Assembly (NCBI GenBank): GCA_044225175.1 | Contig: JBGAJA010000002.1 | Coordinates: 408,991-472,990 of the forward strand | Direction of reading: 5' to 3' | DNA from: Candidatus Omnitrophota bacterium | GTDB taxonomy: Bacteria > Omnitrophota > Gorgyraeia > Zapsychrales > Fredricksoniimonadaceae | DNA: 64,000 bases | Shown here: in pieces, positions 8,514-17,348 of the stretch | Numbering within the stretch: the stretch's first letter is position 1 | Layout of the letters: each line of letters starts with the position of its first letter | Translations under genes and position numbers: made by a program | Notes under the pieces: generated by a model | The model's database searches: none | Told to the model about the DNA's origin: nothing | What the model saw: the letters and a program-made list of their open reading frames with translations, nothing else

Positions 8514-10156
8514 TGAATTTCCCAAGACCAACAGATTTAAATGATGCACAGTGGAATGCCGTTTCCCACGATGATTCCCACCTTATGATCGTCGCAGGAC
8601 CAGGCACAGGAAAGACGCACACAATCACCTATCGTATTATTCGCACCATTCAAAAATTAAAACAAGATCAAAAGATCCTAGCGATCACATTTACCAATAA
8701 AGCAGCCAATCAGATGCGTGAGCGTTTGGAGGCAAAGATTCCCAATTATTGGAGACAGGTAAATGTAGGTACATTTCATCGTTTTGCTTTGAGTTTACTG
8801 CGGGAGTTTAGTCAGTACTTGCCTTTGCCAAAAGATTTTCAAATTGCTCTTCCTGAAGATATTCAGGAATGTCTAAGTGAGATTTTCCCTCAGAAAAGCC
8901 CCTTGCAGCGCAAAGAAACGCTGGAGGCAATATCTTGGATGAAATCCACTCAATTGGCTATTGATCCCTCCGAAGACTTCCAGAAATACCACCGCTTCTT
9001 AAGAGCCAAAGGTATGATTGATTTTGATGATATCTTACGAGAAGTTTTGATGCTTTTGGAGAATGAAGAGGTGTTACATAAGGTGCAAGGCAGATATCGT
9101 TACATCTTTGTGGACGAATATCAGGATGTGAATATTGTTCAGAATGCGTTGTTGAAATTGATTGTAGGGGTAACCCCCTGTGGTTGCCCTGAAGATAAGG
9201 GCAGGCACGGGGGCCTGCCCCTACTGACGGTTATCGGTGACCCTAATCAATCGATCTATGGCTTTCGTGGTTCTCAGGTGAAATTCTTTAATCGTTTCGA
9301 AGAAGATTTTCCAGGAGCTGCCAAGCTATACCTAAATGAGAATTATCGTTCAACAGCTAATCTTCTAACGGCCAGTTCTCAGGTCATCAATAAAGACCCT
9401 GGAGGCAAAGTTCCAGAGGCCATTGCCAAGATCTACGACGAGGGAAGACTTGTTATTCATGAAGCAGCAACTGACAGAGCAGAAGCTGAGTATGTGGCTC
9501 ATCAGATTGAACAATTGATTGGCGGAGTGAGCATGTTCTCTCAAGACTCCAATCGTGTTGAAACATATAGGCAGGCGCACCGTAGTTTTGGCGATATCGC
9601 TATTTTGTATCGCCTTAACACCCAAAAGAATGTATTGATTGAAGCGCTTGATCATTTAGGAATTCCTTATAGTGTGTCTTCTAAACCTAAGGTAGGGGCG
9701 GCTCTTGCAGACGCCCTTTTAGGGCAGGGGCAAGCCCTGCCCCTACAGACACAGGAACAGAAAGATGAACAGATATTAAATTGTTTCGAAGAATCCTTGG
9801 ACTACAAAGTAGAAAAGGTCTCTCTTTTAACATTACATGCTGCCAAAGGTTTGGAATTTCCTGTTGTTTTTATTGTCGGATGCGAAGCAAAGCTAATTCC
9901 CTTGGACATCAACGATCTTAAAGGCGACATCCAAGAAGAACGCCGGCTTTTTTATGTGGGGATGACACGAGCAAAAGAACATTTGTTTTTAACTAGAGCA
10001 GGACGGCGTCAAATCTTTGGAACCACGGTATTTAATCCACCCTCTATGTTTTTAGCTGACATTGAAGAAGACCTTAAAGCCTATGAGAATTCCAAGCTTC
10101 GCCGAAAATTATCTAAAAGCAAGGAAGCCGAGAAACAGCAGTTGAAATTGTTTTAG
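8513..10156 (+). CDS. Short UvrD/PcrA/Rep-family SF1 DNA helicase.
   Basis: Walker A (AGPGTGKTHT), motif II (FVDEYQD), motif III (VIGDPNQSIYGFRG), and a C-terminal segment LTLHAAKGLEFPVVF..FYVGMTRAK. It carries two in-frame REP insertions. Confidence 0.8.
   Translation: MNFPRPTDLNDAQWNAVSHDDSHLMIVAGPGTGKTHTITYRIIRTIQKLKQDQKILAITFTNKAANQMRERLEAKIPNYWRQVNVGTFHRFALSLLREFSQYLPLPKDFQIALPEDIQECLSEIFPQKSPLQRKETLEAISWMKSTQLAIDPSEDFQKYHRFLRAKGMIDFDDILREVLMLLENEEVLHKVQGRYRYIFVDEYQDVNIVQNALLKLIVGVTPCGCPEDKGRHGGLPLLTVIGDPNQSIYGFRGSQVKFFNRFEEDFPGAAKLYLNENYRSTANLLTASSQVINKDPGGKVPEAIAKIYDEGRLVIHEAATDRAEAEYVAHQIEQLIGGVSMFSQDSNRVETYRQAHRSFGDIAILYRLNTQKNVLIEALDHLGIPYSVSSKPKVGAALADALLGQGQALPLQTQEQKDEQILNCFEESLDYKVEKVSLLTLHAAKGLEFPVVFIVGCEAKLIPLDINDLKGDIQEERRLFYVGMTRAKEHLFLTRAGRRQIFGTTVFNPPSMFLADIEEDLKAYENSKLRRKLSKSKEAEKQQLKLF
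9164..9224. repeat. REP-like palindrome, family A variant, in frame inside the UvrD-like helicase.
   Basis: The sequence is gtaggggtaaccccctgtggttgccctgaagataagggcaggcacgggggcctgcccctac. It translates as VGVTPCGCPEDKGRHGGLPLL and lies immediately before motif III. Confidence 0.8.
9692..9746. repeat. REP-like palindrome, family A variant, in frame inside the UvrD-like helicase.
   Basis: The sequence is gtaggggcggctcttgcagacgcccttttagggcaggggcaagccctgcccctac. It translates as VGAALADALLGQGQALPLQ. Confidence 0.8.
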
Positions 10157-10168
10157 ATTTTTACTATA

Positions 10169-10257
10169 GTGTCATTGCGAAGCCGATGTTTTTGTCGGCT
10201 GAAGCAATCTTACATGACAGATTGCTTCGTCGCAAAAAGCGCTCCTCGCAATGACAC
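10169..10257. repeat. Complex nested palindrome, family B, with outer inverted repeat GTGTCATTGCGA...TCGCAATGACAC.
   Basis: Homologous copies are at 14454-14535 and 18603-18687. The GTG start proposed for comEA by the ORF track lies inside this element. Confidence 0.8.
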
Positions 10258-10318
10258 TGTACTTATAAGCCAATCCCCTGGCTTTTTTAATAACTTCCCA
10301 ACCATATATTATTTTCCC

Positions 10319-10654
10319 ATGATTCATTTAACACCTCAGGAAAAATCTGTAGTTATATGTCTTTGTGTGATTACTCTATGCGGATCACTCGTTCATGTGG
10401 GTTTGCAGAAAGAGATACGTGTGTTTGATTGGCTGCACACAGCCCAGAAGAAGTCATTTGCAACCACGATCAATATTAATAAAGCCTCAATGGAGGAGTT
10501 GTTAAGGGTTCCTGGCATTGGGCCCAAGACAGCAGAATTCATCTTAGATTATCGAACCTCAAAGGGAAAATTCACCAATCTGAATCCTTTGCAAGAGGCT
10601 AGAGGCATGAGCCCGGAGCGTTATGAACGTATTAGCAAATATCTTAAAATTTGA
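10319..10654 (+). CDS. comEA: ComEA-like helix-hairpin-helix DNA-binding protein. The start was trimmed to MIHLTPQEK after the repeat; the ORF track starts at a GTG at 10169.
   Basis: N-terminal TM/signal-like segment, and ASMEELLRVPGIGPKTAEFILDYR, a tandem HhH motif typical of ComEA. Confidence 0.65.
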   Translation: MIHLTPQEKSVVICLCVITLCGSLVHVGLQKEIRVFDWLHTAQKKSFATTININKASMEELLRVPGIGPKTAEFILDYRTSKGKFTNLNPLQEARGMSPERYERISKYLKI

Positions 10655-12173
10655 TTCAAAAATCCATAGGCCCTGTTTCTTTTTGAGCGTAGCCATGGCA
10701 TTAGGAATTCTCCTGGGACGTTTTTTTCATTGTCCTTGGATGATCTGGGTCATATTAACTGTGGTTTTACTTTATCTGAGTTGTTTGATAGGGAGATTCT
10801 CCGTCGTACTACTTCATATTGCAGTTGTATTTCTAGGGGCTTTCTATTATCAGAGTTATTATCTATTTCCCTCCAACCATATCGCCTTTATGTCATTTTA
10901 TGATCAGAAAAAGATCTCGGAAGTGGAAGGGGTGATTGATTCGGATATTCAAGTCAAGTCTACCCCCTATGGAACGAAGAGGGTTTTTGAATTGGATCTA
11001 AAAGAGATTAATTTTGACGGCACAAGGCAAAAAGCAACCGGCAGAATACTTATTAATATGTTTCAGCGCATAGATTTGAATTACGGAGATCGTCTTAGAA
11101 TAGAAGGCGTTTTATTTAAGCCTAAGAGTGATCCAAGTGAGAAATTTTCCTACCAACGATATTTGGAAGATCATGGCCTCTTTTTTATCCTTAGTGTTGG
11201 TAAACGAAAAGGAGTGGTGATAGTTAGTCACAATGAAGGGCATTGGTGGATCAAAGCATCGTTAAAGATTAGAGAGAGATTTAAGCGTGTTCTTGAGAAA
11301 TATTTGGAACCTCAAGAAGTGGGGATGATCCAAGCGATGACCCTTGGCGATAAATCCACAATGAGTAAGGATATGTATGAATTATTTAGTAAGACAGGGA
11401 CCGCACATATTATTGCAATTAGCGGCATGAATATGGCGATCATTGGGGCAATTATTCTCTTTATACTTAAAGTAATGCATTGTTCTCGCCGCTGGCAGCT
11501 GATTTTAACAGCATTATTCTTATTATGTTATGCGGTTATTTGTGGTTGGTCAGCTTCGGTCGTACGTTCTGTCATTATGGCGTCCGTCATTTTGAGTAGT
11601 TTTTGCCTCGAACATGAGTCGGATGGAATCAATTCCCTCGGATTTGCAGCAATTATCCTGTTTCTTTTTAATCCGTCTAATCTTTTCGATATCGGTTTTC
11701 AATTATCTTTCTTGTGTGTGTTCATTATCATGATTTTCTATCCAAAGTTTCAGCCAATGGTTGAAAAGACTATAGAAAATACATTCCTTAAGTATGTAAC
11801 CCAGGTCTTATTGATATCCGTAATCATCTGGATTGGAATCACGCCTTTAATTGCCTATCAATTTGGAATTATTTCGTTTATTTCGATCATTGCTAATATT
11901 CCAATTGTTGTCCTATCGGACATGATCATAGCTTTGAGTTTAGGTCTAATGATGATCGGGTTATGTTGTGCCCCTCTGGCGGTTATATTTGCAGGTTCTC
12001 TCAAAGCAGTCTTTAATTTAACCCTTCTTTTAGTTTTTGGTTTTGCTCAGATCCCCGGAGGATATGTGTATATCATGAACATACAACAATGGTGCGTGAT
12101 CTTGTATTACGCATTTTTGCTCACAATTATATTTATTGTGATGAATAAAAGAGCTTCTTTTAAAAAGCATTAA
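10623..12173 (+). CDS. comEC: ComEC/Rec2-family DNA internalisation channel, lacking the C-terminal metallo-beta-lactamase domain.
   Basis: Polytopic membrane protein with a DUF4131-like N-terminus and a competence-domain core (AHIIAISGMNMAI). 516 aa, compared with about 750 aa for full ComEC. Confidence 0.7.
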   Translation: MNVLANILKFDSKIHRPCFFLSVAMALGILLGRFFHCPWMIWVILTVVLLYLSCLIGRFSVVLLHIAVVFLGAFYYQSYYLFPSNHIAFMSFYDQKKISEVEGVIDSDIQVKSTPYGTKRVFELDLKEINFDGTRQKATGRILINMFQRIDLNYGDRLRIEGVLFKPKSDPSEKFSYQRYLEDHGLFFILSVGKRKGVVIVSHNEGHWWIKASLKIRERFKRVLEKYLEPQEVGMIQAMTLGDKSTMSKDMYELFSKTGTAHIIAISGMNMAIIGAIILFILKVMHCSRRWQLILTALFLLCYAVICGWSASVVRSVIMASVILSSFCLEHESDGINSLGFAAIILFLFNPSNLFDIGFQLSFLCVFIIMIFYPKFQPMVEKTIENTFLKYVTQVLLISVIIWIGITPLIAYQFGIISFISIIANIPIVVLSDMIIALSLGLMMIGLCCAPLAVIFAGSLKAVFNLTLLLVFGFAQIPGGYVYIMNIQQWCVILYYAFLLTIIFIVMNKRASFKKH

Positions 12174-13804
12174 TGAGAGTATGTTAGCGGAGAAATATCT
12201 TTTGCTTGCTGCAGATATTCTTGAGACTTCTTAGAGTCGCCTAATTCTTTGGAGATATTGCTTAGTATAAAATATGTTTTATGAGACAAAGGAGATAGAC
12301 GGGCAGCTTCAAGAAAATCTTGCTCGGCTTGTTTGAGGAAGGAAGTATCTTTGGCTATGAAATACTTTCTGATGTTGAGAGATCCCAAGGCAGAAGGATA
12401 GCGAAACTCTGTTGGGTCTAATAATCTGGCCTTTTCAAAATAAACTTCTGATTGCGTTATCTTTCCTGAACTAAAGAAAACCATCCCTTTATTGTAATCT
12501 AAGAGAGCTAAAGAAATTCGTGTGCCTAATATTAATAGGCTAATGATGAGAATGGCTAAGAATCCAAAGATCCATTGGTCTCGTTTTGTTGATTTTAGTG
12601 ATTCTTGGTTTATTTTATAAGAGTTAATGAATGCCCCAAAGCCTGCTAATACAATCCAAAAGAATAAACTCACGTTTGGTCTAAGTAGGGTAAAGTTGCT
12701 TAAATTGTCGATAAAAAAGAAGCTTAATGACCAAATAAAGGCAATCAGTACTATTCTGCGACTATATTCGTTTTCTTTTCTTAAGGCGAACAAGCTCTCT
12801 TTGATAAATAATCCAACCATACACAGGCCAGCTAGAAATCCCAACACGCCTGTTTCTATCCACAGTTGTAAATAGCTGTTGTGCACATAGGCGCTGTATC
12901 CAAAAAGATAGGTGATGTATTTTTTACTGACTAAACTAAAAGTATCGAGCCCGCTTCCAATCCATGGATGATCTTTGAGGACTAAAAACGTACATCTAAG
13001 GTAGTCCCATCGGGCCCCTAGTGAGAAATCTTTTCGAAGAAGAAGGATGAGAATACAAAAGGCAAGGGTTGCGACGATAATGCCAAAGAAATATTTCCTA
13101 TTCTCTGGTTTATTCGACCATTGTTTAAAGATTAATGGAGTGAGAATGAGAGTTGTGATGATGAAATTGAGCGTACATAGGAACGCAAAGGTCAACAGAA
13201 ACAAACCTAAGCAAACACATAAAAGTAAGATGAATGCTCTTTTTTTCCACTGATTTTTCGTTAGCGTAATCGTGGCCCACAGAAAGGGGGTTAAAAGCAT
13301 TAAGAACCCAGCTAAAACATTAGGAAGCTGAAATATAGATCCGACCCGTTTGACTGATCCACTCACGGGATCTTTAAGAAAGAAATACTCCCAGAATCCA
13401 AAGAGGATAACCAAAACAAGACTTATCTGCATATAGCTCCACACATCTAAGATTTGTTTTGAATCTTTTAGAGTGGCAGCCAATATATAAAATAAAGCAA
13501 TATAAGAAATGGTAACAATAAAGAAATTAACAGAAGCCGATGCATCCACGCTTGAGCTTAAGGATAAACACAATGCTCCCACCAAAAGATAAATGGATAG
13601 ATCAAAAGGAGTGCGTGGAAACTTAGCTTGTGCTCGGATTTGATTAAAGATCCAGATTAAAGAAAGAACGAATATAGAACCTGCAATAACCAGGTCTGAG
13701 AGGCGTTCTTTAGTGTAAACGTAGTTATCTGGAAAAAGGTGCACAATGATGAGTCGTAATAAAACAATGGCGCCGCATGCACGAATAAAAAAGGTATAAT
13801 TCAT
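12170..13804 (-). CDS. O-antigen ligase (Wzy_C) family membrane protein with a C-terminal TPR region.
   Basis: Multi-TM protein with a YVHNSYLQLWIETGVLG ligase motif and C-terminal TPR-like repeats. Confidence 0.55.
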   Translation of the reverse strand: MNYTFFIRACGAIVLLRLIIVHLFPDNYVYTKERLSDLVIAGSIFVLSLIWIFNQIRAQAKFPRTPFDLSIYLLVGALCLSLSSSVDASASVNFFIVTISYIALFYILAATLKDSKQILDVWSYMQISLVLVILFGFWEYFFLKDPVSGSVKRVGSIFQLPNVLAGFLMLLTPFLWATITLTKNQWKKRAFILLLCVCLGLFLLTFAFLCTLNFIITTLILTPLIFKQWSNKPENRKYFFGIIVATLAFCILILLLRKDFSLGARWDYLRCTFLVLKDHPWIGSGLDTFSLVSKKYITYLFGYSAYVHNSYLQLWIETGVLGFLAGLCMVGLFIKESLFALRKENEYSRRIVLIAFIWSLSFFFIDNLSNFTLLRPNVSLFFWIVLAGFGAFINSYKINQESLKSTKRDQWIFGFLAILIISLLILGTRISLALLDYNKGMVFFSSGKITQSEVYFEKARLLDPTEFRYPSALGSLNIRKYFIAKDTSFLKQAEQDFLEAARLSPLSHKTYFILSNISKELGDSKKSQEYLQQAKDISPLTYSH

Positions 13805-13867
13805 AAGATAAAAAAGAATACCACCATCTTATAAAGTCAACAATCAAATTAACCTAAAAATTGATAC

Positions 13868-13895
13868 TTGACAAAATCGATGGATATGCTATCTT
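13868..13895 (+). promoter_or_regulatory. Sigma70-type promoter: TTGACA, 16-nt spacer, TGcTATCTT (extended -10).
   Basis: Consensus -35 and an extended -10. The same architecture (..ATGCTATCTT) recurs at 21696-21723 and 26643-26671. Confidence 0.55.
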
Positions 13896-13920
13896 ATCAC
13901 TCAGAAGAAGCGAGTGCTAG
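13894..13920 (+). promoter_or_regulatory. CIRCE (HrcA operator) inverted repeat TTATCACTC-N9-GAGTGCTAG.
   Basis: Differs from the consensus TTAGCACTC-N9-GAGTGCTAA at two positions. It overlaps the -10 and lies upstream of hsp20, and hrcA is present in the window. Confidence 0.65.
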
Positions 13921-14031
13921 AATATGTAAAGATGAGAGGAGAAATCCTCATTTTTTAGGTTTAATAATTAGCAGTCATAAAGTATGAGTGATAATTCTTA
14001 TTAATGTTAACTTAATAACAAGGAGGGTAAT

Positions 14032-14445
14032 ATGTCATTAGTCAGATTCTGTGGTAATCCGGTTACATCTTCATTTTGGCCAACTTTGGAGGAAGCTTTA
14101 TCCCAAAATTCTCTGCCTTGGTTACCTGAGGTTGATATTTTGGAAGAAAAAGATCATTATAAGATCAAAGCTGATCTTCCGGGTGTTAAGAAAGAGGATG
14201 TTAAGCTATCTTTTGAAGATGGTGTGCTGACCTTGGATGGTGAGCGTAAGAATGAAACAGAACAAAAAGAGACAAACTATCATCGTGTAGAACGCAGTTA
14301 TGGTCGTTTTGTTCGCTCTTTCAATCTGGGGCACGAAGTTGATGCTAATAAGATCCAGGCTAGTTACAAAGATGGAGTTTTAGAAATCACTGTACCTAAA
14401 ACTGAAAAAGCTCAACCAAAAGCCATTGATATAAGGGTAGAATAA
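14032..14445 (+). CDS. Hsp20/alpha-crystallin small heat shock protein.
   Basis: Alpha-crystallin domain (DHYKIKADLPGVKKEDVKLSFEDGVLTLDGER), 137 aa. Confidence 0.9.
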   Translation: MSLVRFCGNPVTSSFWPTLEEALSQNSLPWLPEVDILEEKDHYKIKADLPGVKKEDVKLSFEDGVLTLDGERKNETEQKETNYHRVERSYGRFVRSFNLGHEVDANKIQASYKDGVLEITVPKTEKAQPKAIDIRVE

Positions 14446-14453
14446 TAATTCAC

Positions 14454-14535
14454 GTGTCATTGCGAGCGAACGCAGTGAGTGTGGCAATCTCTCACGATCA
14501 AGATTGCTTCGTCGCTTCGCTCCTCGCAATGACAC
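14454..14535. repeat. Family B nested palindrome between hsp20 and clpB.
   Basis: The sequence is gtgtcattgcgagcgaacgcagtgagtgtggcaatctctcacgatcaagattgcttcgtcgcttcgctcctcgcaatgacac. Confidence 0.8.
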
Positions 14536-14553
14536 AAAGAAAAAGGTGAACAT

Positions 14554-16677
14554 ATGCAAATGGAACAACAACCCAAACCACTAGAAGCATACGGCAAGGA
14601 TTTAACTGATTTAGCCAGCAAGGGGAAGCTTGATCCTGTTATTGGACGGGATGAAGAGATTCGTCGTGTCATTCAAGTGCTGTCACGTAGGACTAAGAAT
14701 AATCCTGTGCTTATTGGTGAGCCAGGGGTTGGAAAAACAGCCATTGTTGAAGGTTTAGCACAAAGAATATTTCTAGGTGACGTTCCTGAAGGCTTAAAGC
14801 ATAAGAAAGTGATTGTTTTAGACATGGGAGCCTTAGTGGCTGGTGCAAAATTCAGAGGAGAATTTGAGGAACGTTTAAAAGCAGTTTTGAAGGAGGTTGA
14901 AAGTAGTGATGGATCCATTATTTTATTCATTGATGAGTTACATACAATTGTTGGAGCAGGACGAGCGGAGGGAAGTGCAGATGCCGCCAATTTACTTAAA
15001 CCTGCTTTAAGTCGTGGCATGTTGCGCTGCGTGGGTGCTACCACATTAGATGAGTATCGCCAATATATTGAGAAAGATGCTGCTTTAGAGCGTCGTTTTC
15101 AACCTGTTATGGTGAATGAACCAACGGTTGAAGATACGATTGCTATTTTACGTGGTTTAAAAGAAAAATATGAAGTGCATCATGGGGTGCGTATTCAAGA
15201 TTCCGCTATCATCGCGGCCGCCACTATGAGCCAACGCTATATTACAGAACGTTTCCTTCCAGATAAGGCGATCGACCTGATTGATGAAGCAGCATCCAAG
15301 CTTCGTATTGAAATCGACAGCATGCCTCAAGAGCTAGATCAGAATGAAAGAGAAATTCGTCGACTTGAAATTGAGCGTCAGGCCCTTAAGAAAGAGTCTG
15401 ATGCTGCATCTAAAGAGAGAGTCAAAGGAATCGAAGATGAGCTTACGACTTTAAAAGAAGAAAATAAAAAGATGCGAGCCCAATGGCAAGCTGAGAAGGT
15501 CGTGATTGACCAAATCCGCAAAATTAAAACCGAAATCGAGTCTGCCAAATTAGAAGAAACAAAAGCTGAGAAGACAGGAGACCTCAATAAGGTAGCCCAG
15601 ATCCGCTATGGCGTTCTAGTTGATTTAGAAAAACAATTAGTAGCTAAGAACAAGGAGCTTGCCAAGCAACAAAAAGATGGAGGTATGCTAAAAGAAGAAG
15701 TTGACGATCAAGACATTGCTGAAATCATCTCCAAATGGACTAAGATTCCTCTTTCAAAGCTTATGCAGGGTGAAACAGAAAAACTAGTTTCCATGGAAGC
15801 TGAGCTTAAGAAAAGGGTTGTGGGTCAAGATAAGGCTATTGACGCTATTTCTGCCTGTATCCGTCGAAGCCGAACAGGTTTAAGTGATCCAAACAGACCC
15901 TTAGGTTCATTTATCTTTGTTGGGCCTACGGGGGTAGGAAAAACCGAACTTGCCAAGGCGCTTGCCGGCTTTTTGTTTGATGATGATAACTCTGTGATTC
16001 GTATTGATATGAGTGAATACATGGAGAAGCACAGCACATCTCGTTTGATTGGAGCGCCTCCAGGATATGTGGGTTATGATGAAGGCGGGCAATTGACAGA
16101 AGCTGTCCGTCGAAGACCATTCTCTGTTGTGCTCTTTGATGAAATCGAAAAGGCCCATTCAGATGTGTTCAATGTGCTTTTGCAGCTCTTGGATGATGGT
16201 CGCCTGACGGATTCCCAAGGAAGGGTTGTGAACTTCAAGAATACGATTGTGATCATGACATCTAACATCGGAACAGCCGAGCTTTCTGAGATGACCAATC
16301 AAAAAGAAATGGAAGACCATATTCAAAAAGCCCTACGTGCTCACTTCCGTCCAGAATTCTTAAATCGTGTGGATGAGATTGTAGTCTTCTCACGTTTAAA
16401 AGAAGAGCAGATCAAGAAAATTGTTGGTCTTCAGTTGGATATTTTGACAGAGCGTTTGAGTCAGCGAAAGATATCTTTGCATGTTTCTGATAAAGCAAAA
16501 GCTTTGCTTGCTCGTCAAGGATATGATCCTATTTATGGGGCTAGACCCTTAAAGAGAGCTATTCAAACCTTGGTGCAAGATCCAATTGCTTTGCGTCTTT
16601 TGCAAAATGAAGCTAAAGAAGGTGACACCATTGATGTGGATGCGCAAGGTGAAGATTTGGCAATTGAGGTTAAATAA
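14554..16677 (+). CDS. clpB: ClpB-type AAA+ disaggregase lacking the N-terminal domain.
   Basis: Two AAA+ modules (GEPGVGKT and GPTGVGKT), a coiled-coil middle domain, and a C-terminal ClpB signature. At 707 aa it is shorter than the usual roughly 860 aa. The family-B repeat directly upstream leaves no room for an N-domain. Confidence 0.9.
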   Translation: MQMEQQPKPLEAYGKDLTDLASKGKLDPVIGRDEEIRRVIQVLSRRTKNNPVLIGEPGVGKTAIVEGLAQRIFLGDVPEGLKHKKVIVLDMGALVAGAKFRGEFEERLKAVLKEVESSDGSIILFIDELHTIVGAGRAEGSADAANLLKPALSRGMLRCVGATTLDEYRQYIEKDAALERRFQPVMVNEPTVEDTIAILRGLKEKYEVHHGVRIQDSAIIAAATMSQRYITERFLPDKAIDLIDEAASKLRIEIDSMPQELDQNEREIRRLEIERQALKKESDAASKERVKGIEDELTTLKEENKKMRAQWQAEKVVIDQIRKIKTEIESAKLEETKAEKTGDLNKVAQIRYGVLVDLEKQLVAKNKELAKQQKDGGMLKEEVDDQDIAEIISKWTKIPLSKLMQGETEKLVSMEAELKKRVVGQDKAIDAISACIRRSRTGLSDPNRPLGSFIFVGPTGVGKTELAKALAGFLFDDDNSVIRIDMSEYMEKHSTSRLIGAPPGYVGYDEGGQLTEAVRRRPFSVVLFDEIEKAHSDVFNVLLQLLDDGRLTDSQGRVVNFKNTIVIMTSNIGTAELSEMTNQKEMEDHIQKALRAHFRPEFLNRVDEIVVFSRLKEEQIKKIVGLQLDILTERLSQRKISLHVSDKAKALLARQGYDPIYGARPLKRAIQTLVQDPIALRLLQNEAKEGDTIDVDAQGEDLAIEVK

Positions 16678-16706
16678 TTATTAACTGTTCATCGGGAGGA
16701 GGACAT

Positions 16707-17336
16707 ATGAACACAATGACATTATCTAAACTCGTTCTAGCTTCAACATTAGCCTGCACTATGATTAGTGCGCCAGTTTATGCAGATGAAAATGAGGATT
16801 TGAGAAATCAAGTCAAGGCTCTGCAAGATAAGGTAAGTCAACTAGAACAGCAAGCTGCTATTCAAAGATCTCAAAGAGAACCATCTAGGACTGACTCCCA
16901 AACATCGAATGCAGATGTATATGATCCATGGGACCCATTTCAAGAAATGCGAATGATTGAGCGACAAATGAATCAACTCATGAAAGCAAACATGGTCGAT
17001 TTTAATCCTAGGGAAGATATCAAGCAGACTGCAGATCATTATATTGTCAGTATGGATATTCCAGGAATGGAGAAAGATAAGATCAATGTTGAAGTTAAAT
17101 CAGGGATGCTTATTGTTTCAGGTGAAAGAAAAAGTGAAGTTAAAGAACAGAAACCAAATCAGTTCTATCGCCAAGAACGTTCTTTTGGCCATTTTTTAAG
17201 AACAATGCCCTTACCATCTGATGCCAAGGCGGATCATATTGAAGCCAAATACACCAATGGTGTTCTGACGGTTACAGTTCCTCGTGAGAAGGCGTCCAAG
17301 GAAAAGAAAGTAGGACAAAAAGTAGTTGTGAAATAA
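16707..17336 (+). CDS. Secreted (signal-peptide) Hsp20-family protein.
   Basis: N-terminal signal peptide (LVLASTLACTMISAPVYA), an alpha-crystallin domain (ADHYIVSMDIPGMEKDKINVEV), and an RBS-like GGGAGGAGG upstream. Confidence 0.7.
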   Translation: MNTMTLSKLVLASTLACTMISAPVYADENEDLRNQVKALQDKVSQLEQQAAIQRSQREPSRTDSQTSNADVYDPWDPFQEMRMIERQMNQLMKANMVDFNPREDIKQTADHYIVSMDIPGMEKDKINVEVKSGMLIVSGERKSEVKEQKPNQFYRQERSFGHFLRTMPLPSDAKADHIEAKYTNGVLTVTVPREKASKEKKVGQKVVVK

Positions 17337-17348
17337 ATTGGAGGAGCT

